Of a stretch of DNA of 58,639 bases, positions 7,811 through 17,125 are shown piece after piece; position 1 is the stretch's first letter; each line of letters begins with the position of its first letter. The notes below the pieces were generated by a model, which did not search any database, was not told where the DNA came from, and worked only from the letters and a program-made list of their open reading frames with translations. Source of the stretch: Opitutales bacterium (GTDB lineage: Bacteria; Verrucomicrobiota; Verrucomicrobiia; Opitutales; JABDGR01); assembly GCA_035546135.1 (NCBI GenBank), contig DASZWY010000273.1:1-58639 (forward strand). The letters run 5' to 3'. A program made the translations under genes and the position numbers.

Positions 7811-9654
7811 AACGCCTCTTCAACCCTTTCGAGCACCTGGACAACCTGCGGCAACTGGCCTATTGGACGCTGTTGGTGGTGCCGGTCGGACTGCTGGCTG
7901 GAACGGCGAGCGCCTTTTTCCTGTGGTCACTCGAAAAGGTGACCGACTTGCGCTTTGCCCATGGCTGGCTGCTCTTTCTGCTCCCGGCTGGCGGTTATGC
8001 CGTGGGCTGGGTCTATCACCGGCTGGGCCGGGACGCCGAAGGAGGCAATAATATCATCCTCGAGCAAATCCACGAACCCGGGGGAGGCGTGACTGCGCGC
8101 ATGGCCCCGCTGGTGCTCCTCGGCACGTTGATCACGCATCTGTTTGGCGGCTCCGCCGGGCGCGAAGGCACGGCGGTGCAAATGGGCGGCAGCCTCGCCA
8201 GCGCCTACGCGCAAATGCTTAAAGTCGGAGCGGACAACTTGCGCCTGCTGCTGATGGCCGGCGTCGCCGCCGGATTCGGCTCCGTCTTCGGCACGCCGCT
8301 GGCGGGCGCCATCTTTGCCATGGAAGTGCTGGTCATTGGCCGCATGCAGTATCAGGCGCTGATTCCCGTGCTGGCGGCCAGCCTCATCGGCGACATGACC
8401 TGTTCGGCCTGGGGCGTCCATCACGTCACCTACCACATCGCCTTGTCCGATGGAGCTGGCGCCCGCGCCATCCTCGACTTCCGCCTGCTGGGCTGGACGG
8501 TGGTCGCATCGGCCGCCTTCGGCATCGTGAGCCAATTTTTTGCCGAGCTCACCCACCTGCTGCAGCATCAATGGAAAAAATTCATCGCCTATGCGCCGCT
8601 GCGGCCCGTCGCCGGGGGCGCCGTGGTCATCGCGCTGACCTATCTGCTGGGCACGCGGGACTACCTCGGCCTGGGCGTGAGTTCGCCGGACCCCCACAGC
8701 GTGACCATCGTCTCCGCATTTCAGGCGGGCGGCGCCCATCCCTGGAGTTGGTGGTGGAAGGTGATTTTCACCGCGGTGACCCTGAGCGCGGGCTTCAAGG
8801 GCGGTGAAGTGACGCCGCTGTTTTACATCGGCGCCACGCTGGGCAACGCCATTGCGGGGATGGCCGGCGTGCCGGTGGATCTTTTTGCCGGGCTGGGCTT
8901 CATCGCCGTGTTTTCCGGCGCCAGCAACACCCCGCTGGCATGCACGGTGATGGGCATCGAACTGTTTGGCTCGCACTATGCGGTGTATTTCGCCGTGGCT
9001 TGCTTCATCGCCTACTATTTTAGCGGACATTCCGGCATCTACTCTTCCCAGCGTCTCGGCGTCCCCAAGCGCCATGACCGCGGGGTGCCGCCGGAACTTT
9101 CGCTGCGGGAAGCCCGCGAATTGCGCTCCGAGCGCAACCGTGCCGCATGGTCGCGCCTGACCGAGCGCTTCCAGTCCGAATCGCCTTTCTCCAATCCATC
9201 CGCCATCATGAAACAAACCCACCACATCGTCTCCCAGGAAATGGGCAAAATCCGCGTTTACCTCACGCCACGGGAGCACCTGCCCGCGCCGGGGCTCTGG
9301 GGCAAGTTGAACCCCAAGCTGGTTTACCGCGAAATCATCCGCGCCGCCAAACGCGACGGCTTGAAGAACGCCATGGCGTACATGACCCATCATGGCTACA
9401 GCAACAACGGCAAAGTCGCCGCCACCGACCCCGAGGCCACGCAGGCCAATCTGACGGTGTGCGTTGAAATCATCGACCACAAGGACGCCTTGGCCGAGTT
9501 TTGCCGCCGGCACGGCTCGCTGCTGCAAGGGCGACCAGTCATCTACAAACACGTCGAGCAATGGACCGTCCATGCAAATACCGTGGAGGCCCAGGATGCC
9601 TCGCCCAACACCGTTCTCGACGGGGAAAAGAAACGCCTTCCCTCCGGCGCCTGA
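7807..9654 (+). CDS. CLC(F)-type fluoride/proton antiporter with a fused C-terminal DUF190-like domain
   Basis: The track ORF 7330..9654 is over-extended. ATG 7807 (MKRLFNPFEHL) overlaps the DUF190 stop (ATGA). The CLC core carries GGNNII in place of GSGIP, plus GREGT, which are the features described for CLC-F N-T clade exporters. The C-terminal ~140 aa (KIRVYLTPRE...LTVCVEIIDHKDAL) repeats the DUF190 pattern. Confidence 0.85.
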   Translation: MKRLFNPFEHLDNLRQLAYWTLLVVPVGLLAGTASAFFLWSLEKVTDLRFAHGWLLFLLPAGGYAVGWVYHRLGRDAEGGNNIILEQIHEPGGGVTARMAPLVLLGTLITHLFGGSAGREGTAVQMGGSLASAYAQMLKVGADNLRLLLMAGVAAGFGSVFGTPLAGAIFAMEVLVIGRMQYQALIPVLAASLIGDMTCSAWGVHHVTYHIALSDGAGARAILDFRLLGWTVVASAAFGIVSQFFAELTHLLQHQWKKFIAYAPLRPVAGGAVVIALTYLLGTRDYLGLGVSSPDPHSVTIVSAFQAGGAHPWSWWWKVIFTAVTLSAGFKGGEVTPLFYIGATLGNAIAGMAGVPVDLFAGLGFIAVFSGASNTPLACTVMGIELFGSHYAVYFAVACFIAYYFSGHSGIYSSQRLGVPKRHDRGVPPELSLREARELRSERNRAAWSRLTERFQSESPFSNPSAIMKQTHHIVSQEMGKIRVYLTPREHLPAPGLWGKLNPKLVYREIIRAAKRDGLKNAMAYMTHHGYSNNGKVAATDPEATQANLTVCVEIIDHKDALAEFCRRHGSLLQGRPVIYKHVEQWTVHANTVEAQDASPNTVLDGEKKRLPSGA

Positions 9655-9729
9655 CCCTTTGGCTCTTTGCGGTCGGCGCGGTTTTTCCCTTCCTTATTTT
9701 TTCTTCCGCTTTATAGTTTCGCGGCTTCC

Positions 9730-10554
9730 ATGTCCCGTCTGGCCCATGCCTTTGCCCAAGCCCGCGCGGAAAAGCGCGCGGCATTTGTCGCCTACCTCTG
9801 CGCCGGCGACCCCGACGCCGCAACCTCGCTGGCGGCGTGCCGCGCGCTGCTCAAGGGCGGAGTGGATGTGCTCGAACTCGGCCTGCCGTTCACCGATCCG
9901 CTGGCCGACGGGCTGACGAACCAGCTCGCGGCGCAGCGCGCGCTCGAGTCCGGCGCCGATCCGGAGGCCGTCTTCGCGCTGGTGCGCCAGTTGCGCGCCG
10001 ACTTCCCCGACGCACCCATCGTGTTCTACGCCTACTACAACATGATTTATTCACCCGGCGTGGAGCACTTTTGCCGCCGGGCCCGGGCCGCAGGCGTGGA
10101 CGGGCTGCTCGCGCTCGACTGCCCGCCGGAGGAAGCCGGCGAATTGCTGGCGGCCTCGCGCAAACACCAGCTCGAAAATATTTTCATCGTCGCGCCCACC
10201 ACCCCGCCGCAGCGCATCGCCGCCATCGCCGCGGCCGCGAGCGGATTTATCTATTATGTTTCGCTCGAAGGCGTGACCGGCGAGCGCGCCGAACTGCCGG
10301 CGAGCATTCCGTCCGCGGTGAAGGAAATCCGCCGGCATACGGAACTGCCCGTCGTGGTTGGCTTCGGCATCTCGAAGCCCGAGCACGTCCGCCAAATCGC
10401 CACTGTGGCGGACGGCGTGGTCGTGGGCAGCGCGCTGGTCAATATCATCGCGGTGAATTTGGGTCAGCGCGCGAAAATCCCCGCCGCCCTGGGCGCGAAA
10501 TTGGCTGAACTGCGAAGCGGCCTGGGTGGGAAACGCCCGGACGTGCGAAAATAG
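9730..10554 (+). CDS. trpA: tryptophan synthase alpha chain
   Basis: MSRLAHAFAQARAEKRAAFVAYLCAGDPD...VDVLELGLPFTDPLADG...YYVSLEGVTG...VVVGFGIS are canonical TrpA blocks. The start is set at ATG 9730 rather than the track start 9667. Confidence 0.9.
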   Translation: MSRLAHAFAQARAEKRAAFVAYLCAGDPDAATSLAACRALLKGGVDVLELGLPFTDPLADGLTNQLAAQRALESGADPEAVFALVRQLRADFPDAPIVFYAYYNMIYSPGVEHFCRRARAAGVDGLLALDCPPEEAGELLAASRKHQLENIFIVAPTTPPQRIAAIAAAASGFIYYVSLEGVTGERAELPASIPSAVKEIRRHTELPVVVGFGISKPEHVRQIATVADGVVVGSALVNIIAVNLGQRAKIPAALGAKLAELRSGLGGKRPDVRK

Positions 10555-10596
10555 CCCTTTTCTTTTTAGCGTTGGAAGATTAGCCTCGGGCCGCTC

Positions 10597-12648
10597 ATGA
10601 ATAATGACGCGCCCCCACCCCCGGCGCGGCTGCCGCGCGGTGATTCACCCTGGGTTAATCTGGCGGCGGCCGCATTGCTTGCGTTGTATGCCGTGATGGC
10701 CCTGGCGGCGTCCATCCGCAAGGGCCCGGCCTTCGACGAGTCGGCGCAGTTGGCGGCGGGCTACAATATCTGGGAGCAGCACGACTTTCGATTGCTCGGC
10801 GCCAACGGGGATTTTTTGAAACGCTGGGCGACGCTGCCTTTCTTAATCTCGCATCCCCATGCGGTTCCGGCGGACAGCCCCGAAACCCAATCGGGCTCCG
10901 CCAATGAACTGGGCTTCCGGTTCTTTTTTCAATCGGACAACCATCCGGAATTGCTGCTGCTGCAAAGCCGGGCGATGGTGGTGCTGCTGGGCGTCGCGCT
11001 GGGATGGCTGATCTTCGTCTGCGCGCGCGCCATTTCCGGCCCGGTCGGCGCTTTGGCGGCGCTGGTGATTTACACCTTCAGCCCCAATATGCTTGCCTTC
11101 AGCGCGATGGTGACGACGGAGATTCCGCTCTGCCTGGCGTTGCTGGGCTCGACTTGGTGCCTCTGGCGGTTGCTCAACCGGGTGACCTGGGGCTGGCTCG
11201 TCCTCAGCCTGGGCTTCTTGGTGATGCTCACGCTGTCCCGTCCCTCGGCCCTCGTCATTTTTCCCATTGCCCTGCTGCTCCTGCTGGTCCGGTTTTTTTC
11301 GAATCGCCCGCTGGACTGGCGCCTGGGCCGGCCGCGCATCATTAGCTCCCGCGCCACCCGGATGGGGATAGCCGCAGGCTTGGCCGTCCTGCATGGCGTG
11401 GTGGCTTGGGCGGCGGTTTGGGCTAATTATGATTTTCGCTACGCCGCCGTTCCGAACGCCCACCTGCTGACGGCGGCAGAGTCACCGGGCGCGAGTTTGG
11501 CGCCGGACACTGGCTCGGCGTTTTTAGACTGGGCGCGCACGGCCCATTTTCTGCCCGAGGGTTTTTTGAACGGTGCGCAGGTTCTGCTGGACACGCGGGA
11601 CGTGCGGCAGAACTTTTTGGATGGCGATTGGGCGGTGCACGGGTGGTCTGGCTTTCTCCTGGCCGTCGCCTGGGAAAAAACCTCCCCGGCATTGCTGGCC
11701 ATTCTGGGCATCGGGCTCTGGGGCTGGGGGAACAGCCTGCTGGGCGCCTGGCAGGCGCGACGTAAAGACACCGCCGCGACCCCGCCCAGCAATCCCATCA
11801 ACCATTACGAAGCCATTCCCTTTTTGATTTTGACCGTGGTTTATTTCTCGCTGGTGGCGGCCCAGACGCTGAACTTCGGCCAGCGCTCCGTGTTGCCGGG
11901 GTTTCCGGCGCTTTATATTTTGGGAGGCGCCGGCGCGGCCTGGGTCTGGTCCCAGCGCGCAAAATGGGTGCGCGCGCTGCTCGTCGTGCTGTTGTTGTGG
12001 CGCACCGTCGAAGCCATCGTGATTTATCCCAATTACCTGGCCTACTTCAACCCGTTTGTCGGCGGCCCGGCCGAAGGTTACCAGCATTTGGTGGACAAAT
12101 CCCTCGACTGGGGCATGGACTTGCCCAGCCTCAAAACGTTTCTTGACCGAGCCGACCCCAATCATACTCAGCCCGTCTATCTCGCCTATTTCGGCACGGA
12201 CGACCCCGCCCATTACGGCATCGACGCGGAGCGGCTGCCGGGTTACCCGGACTGGCGCAAGCCCAAGTACTACAGCCTGCAACCAGGTTATTACGCCATC
12301 AGCGCCACGTTGCACCAGACCCTCTACACTTCCACCTTCGGGCCTTGGAACGTGGCCTACGAAGAGGAATACCAAGACTGCCTGCGCCAATTGCAGGAAT
12401 TCGACCGGACGGAAAACGACGCCGCGGCCCGCCAGGCGCTCATCGCCCAGCACCCGCCTAATTATTACGAAACCCTCTACGCCAAGTTTGAGCGGCTTCG
12501 CCTGGGGCGCCTGACCTCCTGGTTGCGCCACCACAAGCCGCCGGATGCCAGCGCCGGCTACTCCATTCTCATCTGGAAACTGAATCTCGACGAACTCAGC
12601 GCCGCCCTGCTCTTTCCGCCCTCGGAGCTGGCCGAGCACCCGATGTGA
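10597..12648 (+). CDS. GT39/PMT_2-type (ArnT-like) polytopic membrane glycosyltransferase, paralog 1
   Basis: 683 aa. Has the first-loop acidic motif GPAFDESAQLAAGYN, about 10 or more TM segments, and the conserved C-terminal block YPNYLAYFNPFVGGPAEGYQHLVDKSLDWGMDLPSLK seen in bacterial GT39-family proteins. Confidence 0.8.
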   Translation: MNNDAPPPPARLPRGDSPWVNLAAAALLALYAVMALAASIRKGPAFDESAQLAAGYNIWEQHDFRLLGANGDFLKRWATLPFLISHPHAVPADSPETQSGSANELGFRFFFQSDNHPELLLLQSRAMVVLLGVALGWLIFVCARAISGPVGALAALVIYTFSPNMLAFSAMVTTEIPLCLALLGSTWCLWRLLNRVTWGWLVLSLGFLVMLTLSRPSALVIFPIALLLLLVRFFSNRPLDWRLGRPRIISSRATRMGIAAGLAVLHGVVAWAAVWANYDFRYAAVPNAHLLTAAESPGASLAPDTGSAFLDWARTAHFLPEGFLNGAQVLLDTRDVRQNFLDGDWAVHGWSGFLLAVAWEKTSPALLAILGIGLWGWGNSLLGAWQARRKDTAATPPSNPINHYEAIPFLILTVVYFSLVAAQTLNFGQRSVLPGFPALYILGGAGAAWVWSQRAKWVRALLVVLLLWRTVEAIVIYPNYLAYFNPFVGGPAEGYQHLVDKSLDWGMDLPSLKTFLDRADPNHTQPVYLAYFGTDDPAHYGIDAERLPGYPDWRKPKYYSLQPGYYAISATLHQTLYTSTFGPWNVAYEEEYQDCLRQLQEFDRTENDAAARQALIAQHPPNYYETLYAKFERLRLGRLTSWLRHHKPPDASAGYSILIWKLNLDELSAALLFPPSELAEHPM

Positions 12649-12724
12649 GCCCTCCGCCTTTGTTTGCAAACGGAATCAAAATAAGGTTTTTTTGTTGGGG
12701 AAATCGAGTATGGCTTAAGGGTTC

Positions 12725-14767
12725 ATGCCCAACGAATGGAATCCACCGGCGCAGGCCGGCTACAAAACCGGCGGCAAATGGCTGGCGGCGGGCGTCGGCC
12801 TGTTGCTCGGCATTTACTTTTTCATGGCGATTGGCGCGGCGCAGCACAAAGGTCCGTCGTTTGACGAACCTGCCCAACTGGCGGCAGGATACAACAACTG
12901 GCGGCGGCATGACTTTAGCCAGATGGGAGCCAACGGCGATTTCCTGAAACGCTGGGCCACCCTGCCCTATTTGATTACCAGACCCAACCTGGTTCCGGAA
13001 AGCGATTCCGCGACTCAAGCCCAGACCGCCTACGAACTGGGCTACCAATTTTTCTTCCTGTCGGGCAACCAGCCGGAATGGCTGCTGCTGCAAAGCCGGT
13101 TCATGGTCACCCTGCTCGGCCTGGCGCTGGGCGGCCTCATTTTTGCGTGCGCCCGCAGCATCGCCGGACCCGTCAGCGGGTTGACGGCGCTCTTCATCTT
13201 TATCTTCAATCCCAATATGCTCGCCTTTGGTGCGATGGTTACGCCTGAAGTGCCCATGTCGCTGGCCACGCTCGGCGCGACCTGGTATTTCTGGCGATTG
13301 CTGAATCGGGCCAGTTGGCGGTATTTGGCCGGCAGTCTGGGTTTTACGATCTTGCTGGTGATGACCCGGCCGAGTGCCATGGCACTTTTTCTGGTGGCGG
13401 CCATGCTGGCGGTGGTCAAACTCCTTTCGAACCACCCGCTGGATTGGCGCTTGGGCGGCCATCGCCTGATTGGTTCACGCCCCCGGCAGGCGATGTTGTT
13501 TGCCGGCCTGCTGATGTTGCACATGGGGGTGGCATGGGCCGCCATTTGGACTAATTATGAATTTCGTTTTGCCGCGACCCCGGTGGCGGCGCCAGCCCGG
13601 CTCCAGGAGGCCCCGTCGCTCCCGCCGGGCCGTCCGGAAACCGGATTGCTCAGTTGGGCGGAAACCACGCGCTTTCTGCCCGAAGGTTATATCGCGGGCG
13701 CGCGCGCGTATTTCGGCACCAACGATGTCCGGCAAACTTTTCTCGACGGTGATTGGAACCCGCAAGGCTGGCGCGGATTTTTCCTCCGCGCCCTGTGGGA
13801 AAAGAATTCGCCGATGCTGGTGGTCATTTTTGCCATCGGGCTCTGGGGTTGGATTTCCAGCCTGACAAGCCAATGGCACCGTCGCCGCCACGCAACGCTT
13901 GAGCCGGCGGAGGCAAACATCATCAACCACTACGAAGCCGTTCCGCTGCTGGTCTTAATGCTGGCCTATTTGCTTTTCACCAACCTGTCCCTCTTCAGCC
14001 AGCGTTCGCAACTGCCGGTCCTGCCAGCTTTGCAAATCCTGGGCGGCGCGGGTGCGGCCTGGGTTTGGGCCAATCGCGCAAAATGGGTCCGCGCCTTTAT
14101 CGTCGTACTATTGCTCTGGCGCATGGGTGAAGCCGTGGCGATTTACCCCAACTTTCTCGCTTACTTCAATCCCTTCGTGGGCGGCCCGGACAGCGGTTAC
14201 CAGCATTTGGTGGACAAATCGCTCGACTGGGGCATGGACTTGCCCGGCCTCAAAGCATTTCTCGACCGAGCGGACCCCCATCATACCCAGCCCGTCTACC
14301 TGGCCTATTTCGGCACGGACAACCCGGAGCACTACGGCATTCAAGCCCGGTTGCTGCCGGGTTTTCCCGACTGGGGCAAGCACGCCTACTACAGTCTGCA
14401 ACCGGGTTATTACGCCATCAGCGCCACGCTGCACCAGACCCTTTACACCTCCGCTTTCGGGCCATGGAATGCGGGGTATGAAGCGCAATATCAAGAGTGC
14501 CTGCGTCGCTTGCGCGAATTTGACCTCACGGCGGATAATCCCCACGCCCGCCATGAATTGCTCGAACATCATTCGGCGGGCTATTATGAGAATGTCTACC
14601 GCATTTTTGAGCAACTGCGGCTGGCGCGGCTGAGTTCCTGGCTGCGCCACCACAAACCGCCGGATGCCAGCGCGGGCTATTCCATCCTCATCTGGAAACT
14701 GAATGCCGACGAACTGGCCGCGGCCCTGACCGCGCCTCCCGCCGAGCTGGCCGCGCATCCATTATGA
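12725..14767 (+). CDS. GT39/PMT_2-type membrane glycosyltransferase, paralog 2
   Basis: 680 aa, colinear with paralog 1 over its full length. Long identical stretches occur, e.g. GYQHLVDKSLDWGMDLP, SLQPGYYAISATLHQTLYTS and WLRHHKPPDASAGYSILIWKLN. Confidence 0.8.
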   Translation: MPNEWNPPAQAGYKTGGKWLAAGVGLLLGIYFFMAIGAAQHKGPSFDEPAQLAAGYNNWRRHDFSQMGANGDFLKRWATLPYLITRPNLVPESDSATQAQTAYELGYQFFFLSGNQPEWLLLQSRFMVTLLGLALGGLIFACARSIAGPVSGLTALFIFIFNPNMLAFGAMVTPEVPMSLATLGATWYFWRLLNRASWRYLAGSLGFTILLVMTRPSAMALFLVAAMLAVVKLLSNHPLDWRLGGHRLIGSRPRQAMLFAGLLMLHMGVAWAAIWTNYEFRFAATPVAAPARLQEAPSLPPGRPETGLLSWAETTRFLPEGYIAGARAYFGTNDVRQTFLDGDWNPQGWRGFFLRALWEKNSPMLVVIFAIGLWGWISSLTSQWHRRRHATLEPAEANIINHYEAVPLLVLMLAYLLFTNLSLFSQRSQLPVLPALQILGGAGAAWVWANRAKWVRAFIVVLLLWRMGEAVAIYPNFLAYFNPFVGGPDSGYQHLVDKSLDWGMDLPGLKAFLDRADPHHTQPVYLAYFGTDNPEHYGIQARLLPGFPDWGKHAYYSLQPGYYAISATLHQTLYTSAFGPWNAGYEAQYQECLRRLREFDLTADNPHARHELLEHHSAGYYENVYRIFEQLRLARLSSWLRHHKPPDASAGYSILIWKLNADELAAALTAPPAELAAHPL

Positions 14768-14893
14768 CTCCGTGCGCAAAGAGCCGGCCTGGTCCAAACG
14801 TGCATAAAAAAGGTGCTCTTTGCATGAGATTTGTTTATGGATGGGTGGTTGATACCCGAGATGCGAATCCCCGCGGAGTGGACCGGCGCCAAA

Positions 14894-16909
14894 ATGCGAT
14901 CCGTCTGGACTACAGCCGGGGTCACCTTGTTACTCGCGCTTTATTTCGTGATGGCCTTGGGGGCGTCCCTGCAAAAAGGGCCGTCCTTTGATGAGGAGGA
15001 ACAACTCGCGGTGGGCTACAACATCTGGCTCAACCATGATTTGCGCATGGAAGGCGCCGATGGCGACCTGATCAAGCGCTGGGCCACCTTGCCCTACCTC
15101 ATCTCCCGGCCGCACCCGGCCCCGATTGACAACGATTACTGGCGCAGCGCCCGGCCTTATCGCTACGGCTTCTCCTTCTTTTTCCAAAGCGGCAACCAGC
15201 CGGGGTGGTTGCTGCTGCAGGCCCGATTCATGAACGCCTTGCTGGGATTGGCGATGGGGTTGTTGATATTTTACTGCTCGCGCGAATTGTTTGGCGCCTC
15301 CGGCGGCCTCTTCTCCCTGCTGCTGTTTGCCTTCAGCCCGCACATGCTGGCGTTTGGCGGCATGGTTTCGACGGACATGAGCATCTGCCTGACGCTGCTG
15401 GGGTCCACCTGGGCCATCTGGCGGCTGTTGCACCGCGTCACCTGGGGGCGCGTGGCATGGGGTCTGGTTTTTGTGAGCCTGCTGATGCTGGCCAAGCCCT
15501 CCGCCCTGGTGATTTTCCCCATCACCTTCATTCTCATTCTCATCAAATTATTTTCCGGGAAACCGCTGGAATGGGAGCTGGGCCGGCGGGAAACGATTAC
15601 CTCCGCCAGCTTGCAGTTGGGCGTGTTTGCCGGGCTGTTTGTGCTGCATGGCTTGGTGGCATGGACCGCGTTGTGGGCGCATTACGACTTCCGTTTTCAT
15701 GCCAGCCCCAACCCGGGCGACCCCACCCTGACGCTCACGCACTACGCCGTCACCGACCCGGTGGACCCGCGCGTGGCCTCGTTCATGGACTGGCTGCATG
15801 ACAAACACATTTTGCCCGAAGGCTTCCTCCAAGGCATCCACACCCTGCTCGCCACGAATGAACGCCGCCAGGCATTCATGGACGGCGAGTGGACTATCGG
15901 CGGCTGGAGTTCGTTTTTCCTCCACGCGTTGTGGGACAAAACCTCGCCGGCCTTGATGATACTTTTGGCCATTAGTCTGGGCGGTTGGAAATTCAGCCGA
16001 AGCCGGCGCACAGCCCAAGTCGCTCCCACTGGCGAATGGGACCATTCCCACCCCCCTGACTTTTATGAAGGCATGCCGTACTTCGTGCTGATTATCGTGT
16101 ATTTCATCATCGCCATGCTGCAGGAGGTGAACATCGGCCATCGCCACGTCCTGCCGATTTACCCGCCGCTCTACGTCCTGGGCGGCGCCCTCACCTTGGT
16201 ATGGCAGCGCCGCCGGCTTATTTTCCGCGGAGTAATTGCGGCCTTGCTGGCCTGGTTCGCGCTCGAATCCAGCTTGCTGTACCCCAACTACCTGGCTTAC
16301 TTCAATCCCCTGGTCGGCGGCGCGAGCAAAGGCTACGAGCACCTGGTGGACAGTTCGCTGGATTGGGGCATGGACCTGCCGAAAGTCAAACAATGGCTCG
16401 ATAAACACAACCCGAATAATCGCGAACCGGTTTACCTGGCGTATTTCGGCACCGACAGCCCGGATTACCACGGCATCGTGTCGTTTCGCCTGCCGGGCAA
16501 CCCGGATTGGCGGCCCTATGATGTGTTCCCCTATGCACCCGGTTTTTACGTCATCAGCGCCACGCTTTACGAATCCGTTTACACCGTCACCTTCGGCCCC
16601 TGGAACAGCGAATTCGAAGACCGCTATCAATATTCACTAAAAAATATCCTGGAATACGAAGCCGCCCGCAACGACCCCGCGAAGCTGGCGGAATTATTGC
16701 AACAACACCCGCAAAAATTTTGGGATGATGAATATGGCGGCCTGGAAAAGTTCCGTTTCGGCCGGTTGTGCGCGTGGTTGCGCCATCACCGGCCTGTCCC
16801 CGACGCCGCCATCGGCCATTCCATCCTCATCTGGTATCTCGACGCCAAAGCCATCGAGGAAGCCCTGCTCGGGCCGCCGCCGGAGATTGACGATTCGCCG
16901 TTGATTTAG
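14894..16909 (+). CDS. GT39/PMT_2-type membrane glycosyltransferase, paralog 3 (more divergent)
   Basis: Same architecture (GPSFDEEEQLAVGYN ... YPNYLAYFNPLVGGASKGYEHLVDSSLDWGMDLPKVK). The track start is 14831. The Met at 14894 (MRSVWTTAGVTLLLALYFV) aligns better with the paralog N-termini, but the start remains uncertain. Confidence 0.75.
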   Translation: MRSVWTTAGVTLLLALYFVMALGASLQKGPSFDEEEQLAVGYNIWLNHDLRMEGADGDLIKRWATLPYLISRPHPAPIDNDYWRSARPYRYGFSFFFQSGNQPGWLLLQARFMNALLGLAMGLLIFYCSRELFGASGGLFSLLLFAFSPHMLAFGGMVSTDMSICLTLLGSTWAIWRLLHRVTWGRVAWGLVFVSLLMLAKPSALVIFPITFILILIKLFSGKPLEWELGRRETITSASLQLGVFAGLFVLHGLVAWTALWAHYDFRFHASPNPGDPTLTLTHYAVTDPVDPRVASFMDWLHDKHILPEGFLQGIHTLLATNERRQAFMDGEWTIGGWSSFFLHALWDKTSPALMILLAISLGGWKFSRSRRTAQVAPTGEWDHSHPPDFYEGMPYFVLIIVYFIIAMLQEVNIGHRHVLPIYPPLYVLGGALTLVWQRRRLIFRGVIAALLAWFALESSLLYPNYLAYFNPLVGGASKGYEHLVDSSLDWGMDLPKVKQWLDKHNPNNREPVYLAYFGTDSPDYHGIVSFRLPGNPDWRPYDVFPYAPGFYVISATLYESVYTVTFGPWNSEFEDRYQYSLKNILEYEAARNDPAKLAELLQQHPQKFWDDEYGGLEKFRFGRLCAWLRHHRPVPDAAIGHSILIWYLDAKAIEEALLGPPPEIDDSPLI

Positions 16910-16992
16910 CCGATCGCCACCGCGGATTCAACCTTGCCAGCCGGGCCGGGGGCCGCTAGCTGTTGTCTTTCGTTTTTTCCGACTCCAACTAC

Positions 16993-17066
16993 GCGGGCGT
17001 AGTATAGAGGTAATACGTGAGCTTCCCAAGCTTGAATCGAGGGTTCGATTCCCTCCGCCCGCACCA
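16993..17066 (+). tRNA. tRNA-Gly (anticodon CCC)
   Basis: GCGGGCG-TA-GTAT-AGAGGTA-ATAC-G-TGAGC-TTCCCAA-GCTTG-AATC-GAGGG-TTCGATT-CCCTC-CGCCCGC-A-CCA folds as a cloverleaf. The 7-nt anticodon loop is TT-CCC-AA and the CCA end is encoded. Confidence 0.9.
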
Positions 17067-17073
17067 ATTTGAT
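17034..17073 (+). repeat. attL: 40-bp direct repeat (tRNA-Gly 3' end plus 7 nt)
   Basis: GAATCGAGGGTTCGATTCCCTCCGCCCGCACCAATTTGAT is repeated perfectly at 32673-32712. Confidence 0.9.
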
Positions 17074-17105
17074 TATCAATGATTTAAGTAATAAAAACGG
17101 CTAAA

Positions 17106-17125
17106 ACACTAACATACACTAACAA
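17106..17125 (+). repeat. tandem 10-mer ACACTAACA[T/A] x2 (candidate integrase arm-type site, left end)
   Basis: ACACTAACATACACTAACAA lies 33 nt inside attL. A near-identical 20-mer (19/20) sits at 32581-32600, next to the integrase start. Confidence 0.55.

Noticed and set aside
9730-10554. trpA without an adjacent trpB
   Set aside because: Split trp genes are common in many phyla. Nothing in the sequence suggests a pseudogene or a novel function.
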